Under the pieces are notes generated by a model. That model saw nothing but the letters and a program-made list of their open reading frames with translations, was not told where the DNA came from and did no database searches. Shown piece after piece: positions 12,361-27,300 of a stretch of DNA of 64,000 nt (position 1 is its first letter; the number at the start of each line of letters is the position of its first letter). Source of the stretch: Auanema rhodensis (lineage: Eukaryota; Animalia; Nematoda); the NCBI GenBank assembly GCA_964057225.1, contig OZ059900.1, forward strand, positions 620,001 through 684,000, in the 5' to 3' direction. Position numbers and translations under genes: made by a program.

Positions 12361-15300
12361 AAAGAAAGAATTTTTGAATTTTCCGAGTTTTGAGTCCAAT
12401 TGGGCTAAATCGCTCATATATATGATCAAAAGCATAGTTTCACTGTCTATGATAACAAAAGTCTTCAAATATACACTAGTAATGATTAAATCACTGAATT
12501 TCACTCAAATAGCATTACTACACTAAGTATGGTCGTTTTTATGCCTTTAACACCATATACTCACCGATTTTTGGTACAAAATCTGTAATACTTGTAAATT
12601 TTGATCATATTCGTTAAGATTTGAGAATCAAACACATAATACACAAAATCAGTCTATTTTTATGAGCTTGCACTGATATATATTCATTTTGATCAAAAAA
12701 GGTCGAAAATAGAAAGATTTTTTGAATTTTCCGAGTTTTGAGTCGAATTGGGCTAAATCGCTCATATATATGATCAAAAGCATAGTTTTACTGTCTATGA
12801 TAACAAAAGTCTTCAAATATACACTAATAATGATTAAATCACTGAATTTCACTCAAATAGCATTACTACACTAAGTATGGTCGTTTTTATGCCTTTAACA
12901 CCATATACTCACCGATTTTTGGTACAAAATCTGTAATACTTGTAAATTTTGATCATATTCGTTAAGATTTGAGAATCAAACATACAATACACAAAATCAG
13001 TCTATTTTTATTAGCATGCACTGATATATATTCATTTTGATCAAAAAAGGTCGAAAATAGAAAGAATTTTTGAAATTTCCGAGTTTTGAGTCTAATTTGG
13101 CTAAATCGCTCATATATATGATCAGAAGCATAGTTTTATTGTCTATGACAACAAAAGTCATCAATTAAACGCTAGTGATATTTAAATACTGATTTTCGCT
13201 CAAATAGCATTACTACACTAAGTATGGTCGTTTTTATGCCTTTAACACCATATACTCACCGATTTTTGGTACAAAATCTGTAATACTCGTAAATTTTGAT
13301 CATTTTCGTTAAGATTCGAAAATCAAACACACAATAAACAAAATCAGTCTATTTTTATGAGTTTGCACTGATATATATTCATTTTGATCAAAAAAGGTCG
13401 AAAATAGAAAGAATTTTTGAATTTTCCGAGTTTTGAGTCCAATTGGGCTAAATCGCTCATATATATGATCAAAAACATAGTTTTATTGTCTATAACAACA
13501 AAAGTCATCAATTAAACGCTAGTGATGTTTAAATACTGATTTTCGCTCAAATAGCATTACTACACTAAGTATGGTCGTTTTTATGCCTTTAACACCATAT
13601 ACTCACCGATTTTTGGTACAAAATCTGTGATACTCGTAAATTTTGATCATATTCGGTGAGATTCGAGAATCAAACACACAATAAACAAAATCAGTCTATT
13701 TTTACGAGTTTGCACTGATATTTATTCATTTTGATCAAAAAAGGTCGAAAAAAGAAAGAATTTTTGAATTTTCCGAGTTTTGAGTCCAATTGGGCTAAAT
13801 CGCTCATATATATGATCAAAAGCATAGTTTCACTGTCTATGATAACAAAAGTCTTCAAATATACACTAGTAATGATTAAATCACTGAATTTCACTCAAAT
13901 AGCATTACTACACTAAGTATGGTCGTTTTTATGCCTTTAACACCATATACTCACCGATTTTTGGTACAAAATCTGTAATACTTGTAAATTTTGATCATAT
14001 TCGTTAAGATTTGAGAATCAAACACATAATACACAAAATCAGTCTATTTTTATGAGCTTGCACTGATATATATTCATTTTGATCAAAAAAGGTCGAAAAT
14101 AGAAAGAATTTTTGAATTTTCCGAGTTTTGAGTCGAATTGGGCTAAATCGCTCATATATATGATCAAAAGCATAGTTTTACTGTCTATGATAACAAAAGT
14201 CTTCAAATATACACTAATAATGATTAAATCACTGAATTTCACTCAAATAGCATTACTACACTAAGTATGGTCGTTTTTATGCCTTTAACACCATATACTC
14301 ACCGATTTTTGGTACAAAATCTGTAATACTTGTAAATTTTGATCATATTCGTTAAGATTTGAGAATCAAACATACAATACACAAAATCAGTCTATTTTTA
14401 TTAGCATGCACTGATATATATTCATTTTGATCAAAAAAGGTCGAAAATAGAAAGAATTCTTGAAATTTCCGAGTTTTGAGTCTAATTTGGCTAAATCGCT
14501 CATATATATGATCAGAAGCATAGTTTTATTGTCTATGACAACAAAAGTCATCAATTAAACGCTAGTGATATTTAAATACTGATTTTCGCTCAAATAGCAT
14601 TACTACACTAAGTATGGTCGTTTTTATGCCTTTAACACCATATACTCACCGATTTTTGGTACAAAATCTGTAATACTCGTAAATTTTGATCATTTTCGTT
14701 AAGATTCGAAAATCAAACACACAATAAACAAAATCAGTCTATTTTTATGAGTTTGCACTGATATATATTCATTTTGATCAAAAAAGGTCGAAAATAGAAA
14801 GAATTTTTGAATTTTCCGAGTTTTGAGTCCAATTGGGCTAAATCGCTCATATATATGATCAAAAACATAGTTTTATTGTCTATAACAACAAAAGTCATCA
14901 ATTAAACGCTAGTGATGTTTAAATACTGATTTTCGCTCAAATAGCATTACTACACTAAGTATGGTCGTTTTTATGCCTTTAACACCATATACTCACCGAT
15001 TTTTGGTACAAAATCTGTGATACTCGTAAATTTTGATCATATTCGGTGAGATTCGAGAATCAAACACACAATACACGAAATAAGTTTATTTTTACGAGTT
15101 TGCACTGATATTTATTCATTTTGATCAAAAAAGGTCGAAAATAGAAAGAATTTTTGAAATTTCCGAGTTTTGAGTCTAATTTGGCTAAATCGCTCATATA
15201 TATGATCAAAAGCATAGTTTTATTGTCTATGATAACAAAAGTCTTCAAATATACACTAATAATGTTTAAATCACTGAATTTCACTCAAATAGCATTACTA

Positions 15301-18300
15301 CACTAAGTATGGTCGTTTTTATGCCTCCAACACCATATACTCACCGATTTTTGGTACAAAATCTGTAATACTTGTAAATTTTGATCATATTCGTTAAGAT
15401 TTGAGAATCAAACACATAATACACAAAATCAGTCTATTTTTATGAGCTTGCACTGATATATATTCATTTTGATCAAAAAAGGTCGAAAAAAGAAAGAATT
15501 TTTGAATTTTCCGAGTTTTGAGTCCAATTGGGCTAAATCGCTCATATATATGATCAAAAGCATAGTTTCACTGTCTATGATAACAAAAGTCTTCAAATAT
15601 ACACTAGTAATGATTAAATCACTGAATTTCACTCAAATAGCATTACTACACTAAGTATGGTCGTTTTTATGCCTTTAACACCATATACTCACCGATTTTT
15701 GGTACAAAATCTGTAATACTTGTAAATTTTGATCATATTCGTTAAGATTTGAGAATCAAACACATAATACACAAAATCAGTCTATTTTTATGAGCTTGCA
15801 CTGATATATATTCATTTTGATCAAAAAAGGTCGAAAATAGAAAGAATTTTTGAATTTTCCGAGTTTTGAGTCGAATTGGGCTAAATCGCTCATATATATG
15901 ATCAAAAGCATAGTTTTACTGTCTATGATAACAAAAGTCTTCAAATATACACTAATAATGATTAAATCACTGAATTTCACTCAAATAGCATTACTACACT
16001 AAGTATGGTCGTTTTTATGCCTTTAACACCATATACTCACCGATTTTTGGTACAAAATCTGTAATACTTGTAAATTTTGATCATATTCGTTAAGATTTGA
16101 GAATCAAACATACAATACACAAAATCAGTCTATTTTTATTAGCATGCACTGATATATATTCATTTTGATCAAAAAAGGTCGAAAATAGAAAGAATTCTTG
16201 AAATTTCCGAGTTTTGAGTCTAATTTGGCTAAATCGCTCATATATATGATCAGAAGCATAGTTTTATTGTCTATGACAACAAAAGTCATCAATTAAACGC
16301 TAGTGATATTTAAATACTGATTTTCGCTCAAATAGCATTACTACACTAAGTATGGTCGTTTTTATGCCTTTAACACCATATACTCACCGATTTTTGGTAC
16401 AAAATCTGTAATACTCGTAAATTTTGATCATTTTCGTTAAGATTCGAAAATCAAACACACAATAAACAAAATCAGTCTATTTTTATGAGTTTGCACTGAT
16501 ATATATTCATTTTGATCAAAAAAGGTCGAAAATAGAAAGAAATTTTGAATTTTCCGAGTTTTGAGTCCAATTGGGCTAAATCGCTCATATATATGATCAA
16601 AAACATAGTTTTATTGTCTATAACAACAAAAGTCATCAATTAAACGCTAGTGATGTTTAAATACTGATTTTCGCTCAAATAGCATTACTACACTAAGTAT
16701 GGTCGTTTTTATGCCTTTAACACCATATACTCACCGATTTTTGGTACAAAATCTGTGATACTCGTAAATTTTGATCATATTCGGTGAGATTCGAGAATCA
16801 AACACACAATACACGAAATAAGTTTATTTTTACGAGTTTGCACTGATATTTATTCATTTTGATCAAAAAAGGTCGAAAATAGAAAGAATTTTTGAAATTT
16901 CCGAGTTTTGAGTCTAATTTGGCTAAATCGCTCATATATATGATCAAAAGCATAGTTTTATTGTCTATGATAACAAAAGTCTTCAAATATACACTAATAA
17001 TGTTTAAATCACTGAATTTCACTCAAATAGCATTACTACACTAAGTATGGTCGTTTTTATGCCTCCAACACCATATACTCACCGATTTTTGGTACAAAAT
17101 CTGTAATACTTGTAAATTTTGATCATATTCGTTAAGATTTGAGAATCAAACACATAATACACAAAATCAGTCTATTTTTATGAGCTTGCACTGATATATA
17201 TTCATTTTGATCAAAAAAGGTCGAAAATAGAAAGAATTTTTGAATTTTCCGAGTTTTGAGTCGAATTGGGCTAAATCGCTCATATATATGATCAAAAGCA
17301 TAGTTTTACTGTCTATGATAACAAAAGTCTTCAAATATACACTAATAATGATTAAATCACTGAATTTCACTCAAATAGCATTACTACACTAAGTATGGTC
17401 GTTTTTATGCCTTTAACACCATATACTCACCGATTTTTGGTACAAAATCTGTAATACTTGTAAATTTTGATCATATTCGTTAAGATTTGAGAATCAAACA
17501 TACAATACACAAAATCAGTCTATTTTTATTAGCATGCACTGATATATATTCATTTTGATCAAAAAAGGTCGAAAATAGAAAGAATTCTTGAAATTTCCGA
17601 GTTTTGAGTCTAATTTGGCTAAATCGCTCATATATATGATCAGAAGCATAGTTTTATTGTCTATGACAACAAAAGTCATCAATTAAACGCTAGTGATATT
17701 TAAATACTGATTTTCGCTCAAATAGCATTACTACACTAAGTATGGTCGTTTTTATGCCTTTAACACCATATACTCACCGATTTTTGGTACAAAATCTGTA
17801 ATACTTGTAAATTTTGATCATATTCGTTAAGATTTGAGAATCAAACACATAATACACAAAATCAGTCTATTTTTATGAGCTTGCACTGATATATATTCAT
17901 TTTGATCAAAAAAGGTCGAAAATAGAAAGAATTTTTGAATTTTCCGAGTTTTGAGTCGAATTGGGCTAAATCGCTCATATATATGATCAAAAGCATAGTT
18001 TTACTGTCTATGATAACAAAAGTCTTCAAATATACACTAATAATGATTAAATCACTGAATTTCACTCAAATAGCATTACTACACTAAGTATGGTCGTTTT
18101 TATGCCTTTAACACCATATACTCACCGATTTTTGGTACAAAATCTGTAATACTTGTAAATTTTGATCATATTCGTTAAGATTTGAGAATCAAACATACAA
18201 TACACAAAATCAGTCTATTTTTATTAGCATGCACTGATATATATTCATTTTGATCAAAAAAGGTCGAAAATAGAAAGAATTCTTGAAATTTCCGAGTTTT

Positions 18301-21300
18301 GAGTCTAATTTGGCTAAATCGCTCATATATATGATCAGAAGCATAGTTTTATTGTCTATGACAACAAAAGTCATCAATTAAACGCTAGTGATATTTAAAT
18401 ACTGATTTTCGCTCAAATAGCATTACTACACTAAGTATGGTCGTTTTTATGCCTTTAACACCATATACTCACCGATTTTTGGTACAAAATCTGTAATACT
18501 CGTAAATTTTGATCATTTTCGTTAAGATTCGAAAATCAAACACACAATAAACAAAATCAGTCTATTTTTATGAGTTTGCACTGATATATATTCATTTTGA
18601 TCAAAAAAGGTCGAAAATAGAAAGAATTTTTGAATTTTCCGAGTTTTGAGTCGAATTGGGCTAAATCGCTCATATATATGATCAAAAGCATAGTTTTACT
18701 GTCTATGATAACAAAAGTCTTCAAATATACACTAATAATGATTAAATCACTGAATTTCACTCAAATAGCATTACTACACTAAGTATGGTCGTTTTTATGC
18801 CTTTAACACCATATACTCACCGATTTTTGGTACAAAATCTGTAATACTTGTAAATTTTGATCATATTCGTTAAGATTTGAGAATCAAACATACAATACAC
18901 AAAATCAGTCTATTTTTATTAGCATGCACTGATATATATTCATTTTGATCAAAAAAGGTCGAAAATAGAAAGAATTCTTGAAATTTCCGAGTTTTGAGTC
19001 TAATTTGGCTAAATCGCTCATATATATGATCAGAAGCATAGTTTTATTGTCTATGACAACAAAAGTCATCAATTAAACGCTAGTGATATTTAAATACTGA
19101 TTTTCGCTCAAATAGCATTACTACACTAAGTATGGTCGTTTTTATGCCTTTAACACCATATACTCACCGATTTTTGGTACAAAATCTGTAATACTCGTAA
19201 ATTTTGATCATTTTCGTTAAGATTCGAAAATCAAACACACAATAAACAAAATCAGTCTATTTTTATGAGTTTGCACTGATATATATTCATTTTGATCAAA
19301 AAAGGTCGAAAATAGAAAGAATTTTTGAATTTTCCGAGTTTTGAGTCCAATTGGGCTAAATCGCTCATATATATGATCAAAAACATAGTTTTATTGTCTA
19401 TAACAACAAAAGTCATCAATTAAACGCTAGTGATGTTTAAATACTGATTTTCGCTCAAATAGCATTACTACACTAAGTATGGTCGTTTTTATGCCTTTAA
19501 CACCATATACTCACCGATTTTTGGTACAAAATCTGTGATACTCGTAAATTTTGATCATATTCGGTGAGATTCGAGAATCAAACACACAATACACGAAATA
19601 AGTTTATTTTTACGAGTTTGCACTGATATTTATTCATTTTGATCAAAAAAGGTCGAAAATAGAAAGAATTTTTGAAATTTCCGAGTTTTGAGTCTAATTT
19701 GGCTAAATCGCTCATATATATGATCAAAAGCATAGTTTTATTGTCTATGATAACAAAAGTCTTCAAATATACACTAATAATGTTTAAATCACTAAATTTC
19801 ACTCAAATAGCATCACTACACTAAGTATGGTCGTTTTTATGCCTCCAACACCATATACTCACCGATTTTTGGTACAAAATCTGTAATACTTGTAAATTTT
19901 GATCATATTTGTTAAGATTCGAGAATCAAACACATAATACACAAAATCAGTCTATTTTTATGAGCTTGCACTGATATATATTCATTTTGATCAAAAAAGG
20001 TCGAAAATAGAAAGAATTTTTGAAATTTCCGAGTTTTGAGTCCAATTGGGCTAAATCGCTCATATATATGATCAAAAGCATAGTTTTACTGTCTATGATA
20101 ACAAAAGTCTTCAAATATACACTAATAATGATTAAATCACTGAATTTCACTCAAATAGCATTACTACACTAAGTATGGTCGTTTTTATGCCTTTAACACC
20201 ATATACTCACCGATTTTTGGTACAAAATCTGTAATACTTGTAAATTTTGATCATATTCGTTAAGATTCGAGAATCAAACACATAATACACGAAATAAGTC
20301 TATTTTTATGAGTTTGCACTGATATTTATTTATTTTGATCAAAAAAGGTCGAAAATAGAAAGAATTTTTGAATTTTCCGAGTTTTGAGTCCAATTGGGCT
20401 AAATCGCTCATATATATGATCAAAAGCATAGTTTTACTGTCTATAACAACGAAAGTCATCAATTAAACGCTAGTGATATTTAAATACTGATTTTCGCTCA
20501 AGTAGCATTACTACACTAAGTATGGTCGTTTTTATGCCTTTAACACCATATACTCACCGATTTTTGGTACAAAATCTGTAATACTCGTAAATTTTGATCA
20601 TTTTCGTTAAGATTCGAAAATCAAACACACAATGAACAAAATCAGTCTATTTTTATGAGTTTGCACTGATATATATTCATTTTGATCAAAAAAGGTCGAA
20701 AATAGAAAGAATTTTTGAAATTTCCGAGTTTTGAGTCCAATTTGGCTAAATCGCTCATATATATGATCAAAAGCATAGTTTTATTGTCTATAACAACAAA
20801 AGTCATCAATTAAACGCTAGTGATGTTTAAATACTGATTTTCGCTCAAATAGCATTACTACACTAAGTATGGTCGTTTTTATGCCTTTAACACCATATAC
20901 TCACCGATTTTTGGTACAAAATCTGTGATACTCGTAAATTTTGATCATATTCGGTGAGATTCGAGAATCAAACACACAATACACGAAATAAGTTTATTTT
21001 TACGAGTTTGCACTGATATTTATTCATTTTGATCAAAAAAGGTCGAAAATAGAAAGAATTTTTGAAATTTCCGAGTTTTGAGTCTAATTTGGCTAAATCG
21101 CTCATATATATGATCAAAAGCATAGTTTTATTGTCTATGATAACAAAAGTCTTCAAATATACACTAATAATGTTTAAATCACTGAATTTCACTCAAATAG
21201 CATTACTACACTAAGTATGGTCGTTTTTATGCCTCCAACACCATATACTCACCGATTTTTGGTACAAAATCTGTAATACTTGTAAATTTTGATCATATTC

Positions 21301-24300
21301 GTTAAGATTTGAGAATCAAACACATAATACACAAAATCAGTCTATTTTTATGAGCTTGCACTGATATATATTCATTTTGATCAAAAAAGGTCGAAAATAG
21401 AAAGAATTTTTGAATTTTCCGAGTTTTGAGTCGAATTGGGCTAAATCGCTCATATATATGATCAAAAGCATAGTTTTACTGTCTATGATAACAAAAGTCT
21501 TCAAATATACACTAATAATGATTAAATCACTGAATTTCACTCAAATAGCATTACTACACTAAGTATGGTCGTTTTTATGCCTTTAACACCATATACTCAC
21601 CGATTTTTGGTACAAAATCTGTAATACTTGTAAATTTTGATCATATTCGTTAAGATTTGAGAATCAAACATACAATACACAAAATCAGTCTATTTTTATT
21701 AGCATGCACTGATATATATTCATTTTGATCAAAAAAGGTCGAAAATAGAAAGAATTCTTGAAATTTCCGAGTTTTGAGTCTAATTTGGCTAAATCGCTCA
21801 TATATATGATCAGAAGCATAGTTTTATTGTCTATGACAACAAAAGTCATCAATTAAACGCTAGTGATATTTAAATACTGATTTTCGCTCAAATAGCATTA
21901 CTACACTAAGTATGGTCGTTTTTATGCCTTTAACACCATATACTCACCGATTTTTGGTACAAAATCTGTAATACTCGTAAATTTTGATCATTTTCGTTAA
22001 GATTCGAAAATCAAACACACAATAAACAAAATCAGTCTATTTTTATGAGTTTGCACTGATATATATTCATTTTGATCAAAAAAGGTCGAAAATAGAAAGA
22101 ATTTTTGAATTTTCCGAGTTTTGAGTCGAATTGGGCTAAATCGCTCATATATATGATCAAAAGCATAGTTTTACTGTCTATGATAACAAAAGTCTTCAAA
22201 TATACACTAATAATGATTAAATCACTGAATTTCACTCAAATAGCATTACTACACTAAGTATGGTCGTTTTTATGCCTTTAACACCATATACTCACCGATT
22301 TTTGGTACAAAATCTGTAATACTTGTAAATTTTGATCATATTCGTTAAGATTTGAGAATCAAACATACAATACACAAAATCAGTCTATTTTTATTAGCAT
22401 GCACTGATATATATTCATTTTGATCAAAAAAGGTCGAAAATAGAAAGAATTTTTGAATTTTCCGAGTTTTGAGTCCAATTGGGCTAAATCGCTCATATAT
22501 ATGATCAAAAACATAGTTTTATTGTCTATAACAACAAAAGTCATCAATTAAACGCTAGTGATGTTTAAATACTGATTTTCGCTCAAATAGCATTACTACA
22601 CTAAGTATGGTCGTTTTTATGCCTTTAACACCATATACTCACCGATTTTTGGTACAAAATCTGTGATACTCGTAAATTTTGATCATATTCGGTGAGATTC
22701 GAGAATCAAACACACAATACACGAAATAAGTTTATTTTTACGAGTTTGCACTGATATTTATTCATTTTGATCAAAAAAGGTCGAAAATAGAAAGAATTTT
22801 TGAAATTTCCGAGTTTTGAGTCTAATTTGGCTAAATCGCTCATATATATGATCAAAAGCATAGTTTTATTGTCTATGATAACAAAAGTCTTCAAATATAC
22901 ACTAATAATGTTTAAATCACTAAATTTCACTCAAATAGCATCACTACACTAAGTATGGTCGTTTTTATGCCTCCAACACCATATACTCACCGATTTTTGG
23001 TACAAAATCTGTAATACTTGTAAATTTTGATCATATTTGTTAAGATTCGAGAATCAAACACATAATACACGAAATAGGTCTATTTTTATGAGTTTGCACT
23101 GATATTTATTCATTTTGATCAAAAAAGGTCGAAAATAGAAAGAATTTTTGAAATTTCCGAGTTTTGAGTCCAATTGGGCTAAATCGCTCATATATATGAT
23201 CAAAAACATAGTTTTGTTGTCTATAACAACGAAAGTCATCAATTAAACGCTAGTGATGTTTAAATACTGATTTTCGCTCAAATAGCATTACTACACTAAG
23301 TATGGTCGTTTTTATGCCTTTAACACCATATACTCACCGATTTTTGGTACAAAATCTGTAATACTTGTAAATTTTGATCATATTCGTTAAGATTCGAGAA
23401 TCAAACACATAATACACGAAATAAGTCTATTTTTATGAGTTTGCACTGATATTTATTTATTTTGATCAAAAAAGGTCGAAAATAGAAAGAATTTTTGAAT
23501 TTTCCGAGTTTTGAGTCCAATTGGGCTAAATCGCTCATATATATGATCAAAAGCATAGTTTTACTGTCTATAACAACGAAAGTCATCAATTAAACGCTAG
23601 TGATATTTAAATACTGATTTTCGCTCAAGTAGCATTACTACACTAAGTATGGTCGTTTTTATGCCTTTAACACCATATACTCACCGATTTTTGGTACAAA
23701 ATCTGTAATACTTGTAAATTTTGATCACATTTGTTAAGATTCGAGAATCAAACACATAATACACAAAATAAGTCTATTTTTACAAGTTTGCACTGATATT
23801 TATTCATTTTGATCAAAAAAGGTCGAAAATAGAAAGAATTTTTGAAATTTCCGAGTTTTGAGTCCAATTTGGCTAAATCGCTCATATATATGATCAAAAG
23901 CATAGTTTTATTGTCTATAACAACAAAAGTCATCAATTGAACGCTAGTGATGTTTAAATACTGAATTTCGCTCAAATAGCATTACTACACTAAGTATGGT
24001 CGTTTTTATGCCTTTAACACCATATACTCACCGATTTTTGGTACAAAATCTGTAATACTTGTAAATTTTGATCATATTTGTTAAGATTTGAGAATCAAAC
24101 ACATAATACACAAAATCAGTCTATTTTTATGAGCTTGCACTGATATATATTCATTTTGATCAAAAAAGGTCGAAAATAGAAAGAATTTTTGAATTTTCCG
24201 AGTTTTGAGTCGAATTGGGCTAAATCGCTCATATATATGATCAAAAGCATAGTTTTACTGTCTATGATAACAAAAGTCTTCAAATATACACTAATAATGA

Positions 24301-27300
24301 TTAAATCACTGAATTTCACTCAAATAGCATTACTACACTAAGTATGGTCGTTTTTATGCCTTTAACACCATATACTCACCGATTTTTGGTACAAAATCTG
24401 TAATACTTGTAAATTTTGATCATATTCGTTAAGATTTGAGAATCAAACATACAATACACAAAATCAGTCTATTTTTATTAGCATGCACTGATATATATTC
24501 ATTTTGATCAAAAAAGGTCGAAAATAGAAAGAATTCTTGAAATTTCCGAGTTTTGAGTCTAATTTGGCTAAATCGCTCATATATATGATCAGAAGCATAG
24601 TTTTATTGTCTATGACAACAAAAGTCATCAATTAAACGCTAGTGATATTTAAATACTGATTTTCGCTCAAATAGCATTACTACACTAAGTATGGTCGTTT
24701 TTATGCCTTTAACACCATATACTCACCGATTTTTGGTACAAAATCTGTAATACTCGTAAATTTTGATCATTTTCGTTAAGATTCGAAAATCAAACACACA
24801 ATAAACAAAATCAGTCTATTTTTATGAGTTTGCACTGATATATATTCATTTTGATCAAAAAAGGTCGAAAATAGAAAGAATTTTTGAATTTTCCGAGTTT
24901 TGAGTCGAATTGGGCTAAATCGCTCATATATATGATCAAAAGCATAGTTTTACTGTCTATGATAACAAAAGTCTTCAAATATACACTAATAATGATTAAA
25001 TCACTGAATTTCACTCAAATAGCATTACTACACTAAGTATGGTCGTTTTTATGCCTTTAACACCATATACTCACCGATTTTTGGTACAAAATCTGTAATA
25101 CTTGTAAATTTTGATCATATTCGTTAAGATTTGAGAATCAAACATACAATACACAAAATCAGTCTATTTTTATTAGCATGCACTGATATATATTCATTTT
25201 GATCAAAAAAGGTCGAAAATAGAAAGAATTCTTGAAATTTCCGAGTTTTGAGTCTAATTTGGCTAAATCGCTCATATATATGATCAGAAGCATAGTTTTA
25301 TTGTCTATGACAACAAAAGTCATCAATTAAACGCTAGTGATATTTAAATACTGATTTTCGCTCAAATAGCATTACTACACTAAGTATGGTCGTTTTTATG
25401 CCTTTAACACCATATACTCACCGATTTTTGGTACAAAATCTGTAATACTCGTAAATTTTGATCATTTTCGTTAAGATTCGAAAATCAAACACACAATAAA
25501 CAAAATCAGTCTATTTTTATGAGTTTGCACTGATATATATTCATTTTGATCAAAAAAGGTCGAAAATAGAAAGAATTTTTGAATTTTCCGAGTTTTGAGT
25601 CCAATTGGGCTAAATCGCTCATATATATGATCAAAAACATAGTTTTATTGTCTATAACAACAAAAGTCATCAATTAAACGCTAGTGATGTTTAAATACTG
25701 ATTTTCGCTCAAATAGCATTACTACACTAAGTATGGTCGTTTTTATGCCTTTAACACCATATACTCACCGATTTTTGGTACAAAATCTGTGATACTCGTA
25801 AATTTTGATCATATTCGGTGAGATTCGAGAATCAAACACACAATACACGAAATAAGTTTATTTTTACGAGTTTGCACTGATATTTATTCATTTTGATCAA
25901 AAAAGGTCGAAAATAGAAAGAATTTTTGAAATTTCCGAGTTTTGAGTCTAATTTGGCTAAATCGCTCATATATATGATCAAAAGCATAGTTTTATTGTCT
26001 ATGATAACAAAAGTCTTCAAATATACACTAATAATGTTTAAATCACTGAATTTCACTCAAATAGCATCACTACACTAAGTATGGTCGTTTTTATGCCTCC
26101 AACACCATATACTCACCGATTTTTGGTACAAAATCTGTAATACTTGTAAATTTTGATCATATTTGTTAAGATTCGAGAATCAAACACATAATACACGAAA
26201 TAGGTCTATTTTTATGAGTTTGCACTGATATTTATTCATTTTGATCAAAAAAGGTCGAAAATAGAAAGAATTTTTGAAATTTCCGAGTTTTGAGTCCAAT
26301 TGGGCTAAATCGCTCATATATATGATCAAAAACATAGTTTTGTTGTCTATAACAACGAAAGTCATCAATTAAACGCTAGTGATGTTTAAATACTGATTTT
26401 CGCTCAAATAGCATTACTACACTAAGTATGGTCGTTTTTATGCCTTTAACACCATATACTCACCGATTTTTGGTACAAAATCTGTAATACTTGTAAATTT
26501 TGATCATATTCGTTAAGATTCGAGAATCAAACACATAATACACGAAATAAGTCTATTTTTATGAGTTTGCACTGATATTTATTTATTTTGATCAAAAAAG
26601 GTCGAAAATAGAAAGAATTTTTGAATTTTCCGAGTTTTGAGTCCAATTGGGCTAAATCGCTCATATATATGATCAAAAGCATAGTTTTACTGTCTATAAC
26701 AACGAAAGTCATCAATTAAACGCTAGTGATATTTAAATACTGATTTTCGCTCAAGTAGCATTACTACACTAAGTATGGTCGTTTTTATGCCTTTAACACC
26801 ATATACTCACCGATTTTTGGTACAAAATCTGTAATACTTGTAAATTTTGATCACATTTGTTAAGATTCGAGAATCAAACACATAATACACAAAATAAGTC
26901 TATTTTTACAAGTTTGCACTGATATTTATTCATTTTGATCAAAAAAGGTCGAAAATAGAAAGAATTTTTGAAATTTCCGAGTTTTGAGTCCAATTTGGCT
27001 AAATCGCTCATATATATGATCAGAAGCATAGTTTTATTGTCTATGACAACAAAAGTCATCAATTAAACGCTAGTGATATTTAAATACTGATTTTCGCTCA
27101 AATAGCATTACTACACTAAGTATGGTCGTTTTTATGCCTTTAACACCATATACTCACCGATTTTTGGTACAAAATCTGTAATACTCGTAAATTTTGATCA
27201 TTTTCGTTAAGATTCGAAAATCAAACACACAATAAACAAAATCAGTCTATTTTTATGAGTTTGCACTGATATATATTCATTTTGATCAAAAAAGGTCGAA

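Noticed and set aside
12341-15654. Three plus-strand 61-aa ORFs (MIKKGRKKKEFLNF...) with an NLS-like basic stretch
   Set aside because: They are created by one T>A change that removes a TAG (AAATAG to AAAAAG) in three related monomers. The lysines come from A-tracts.
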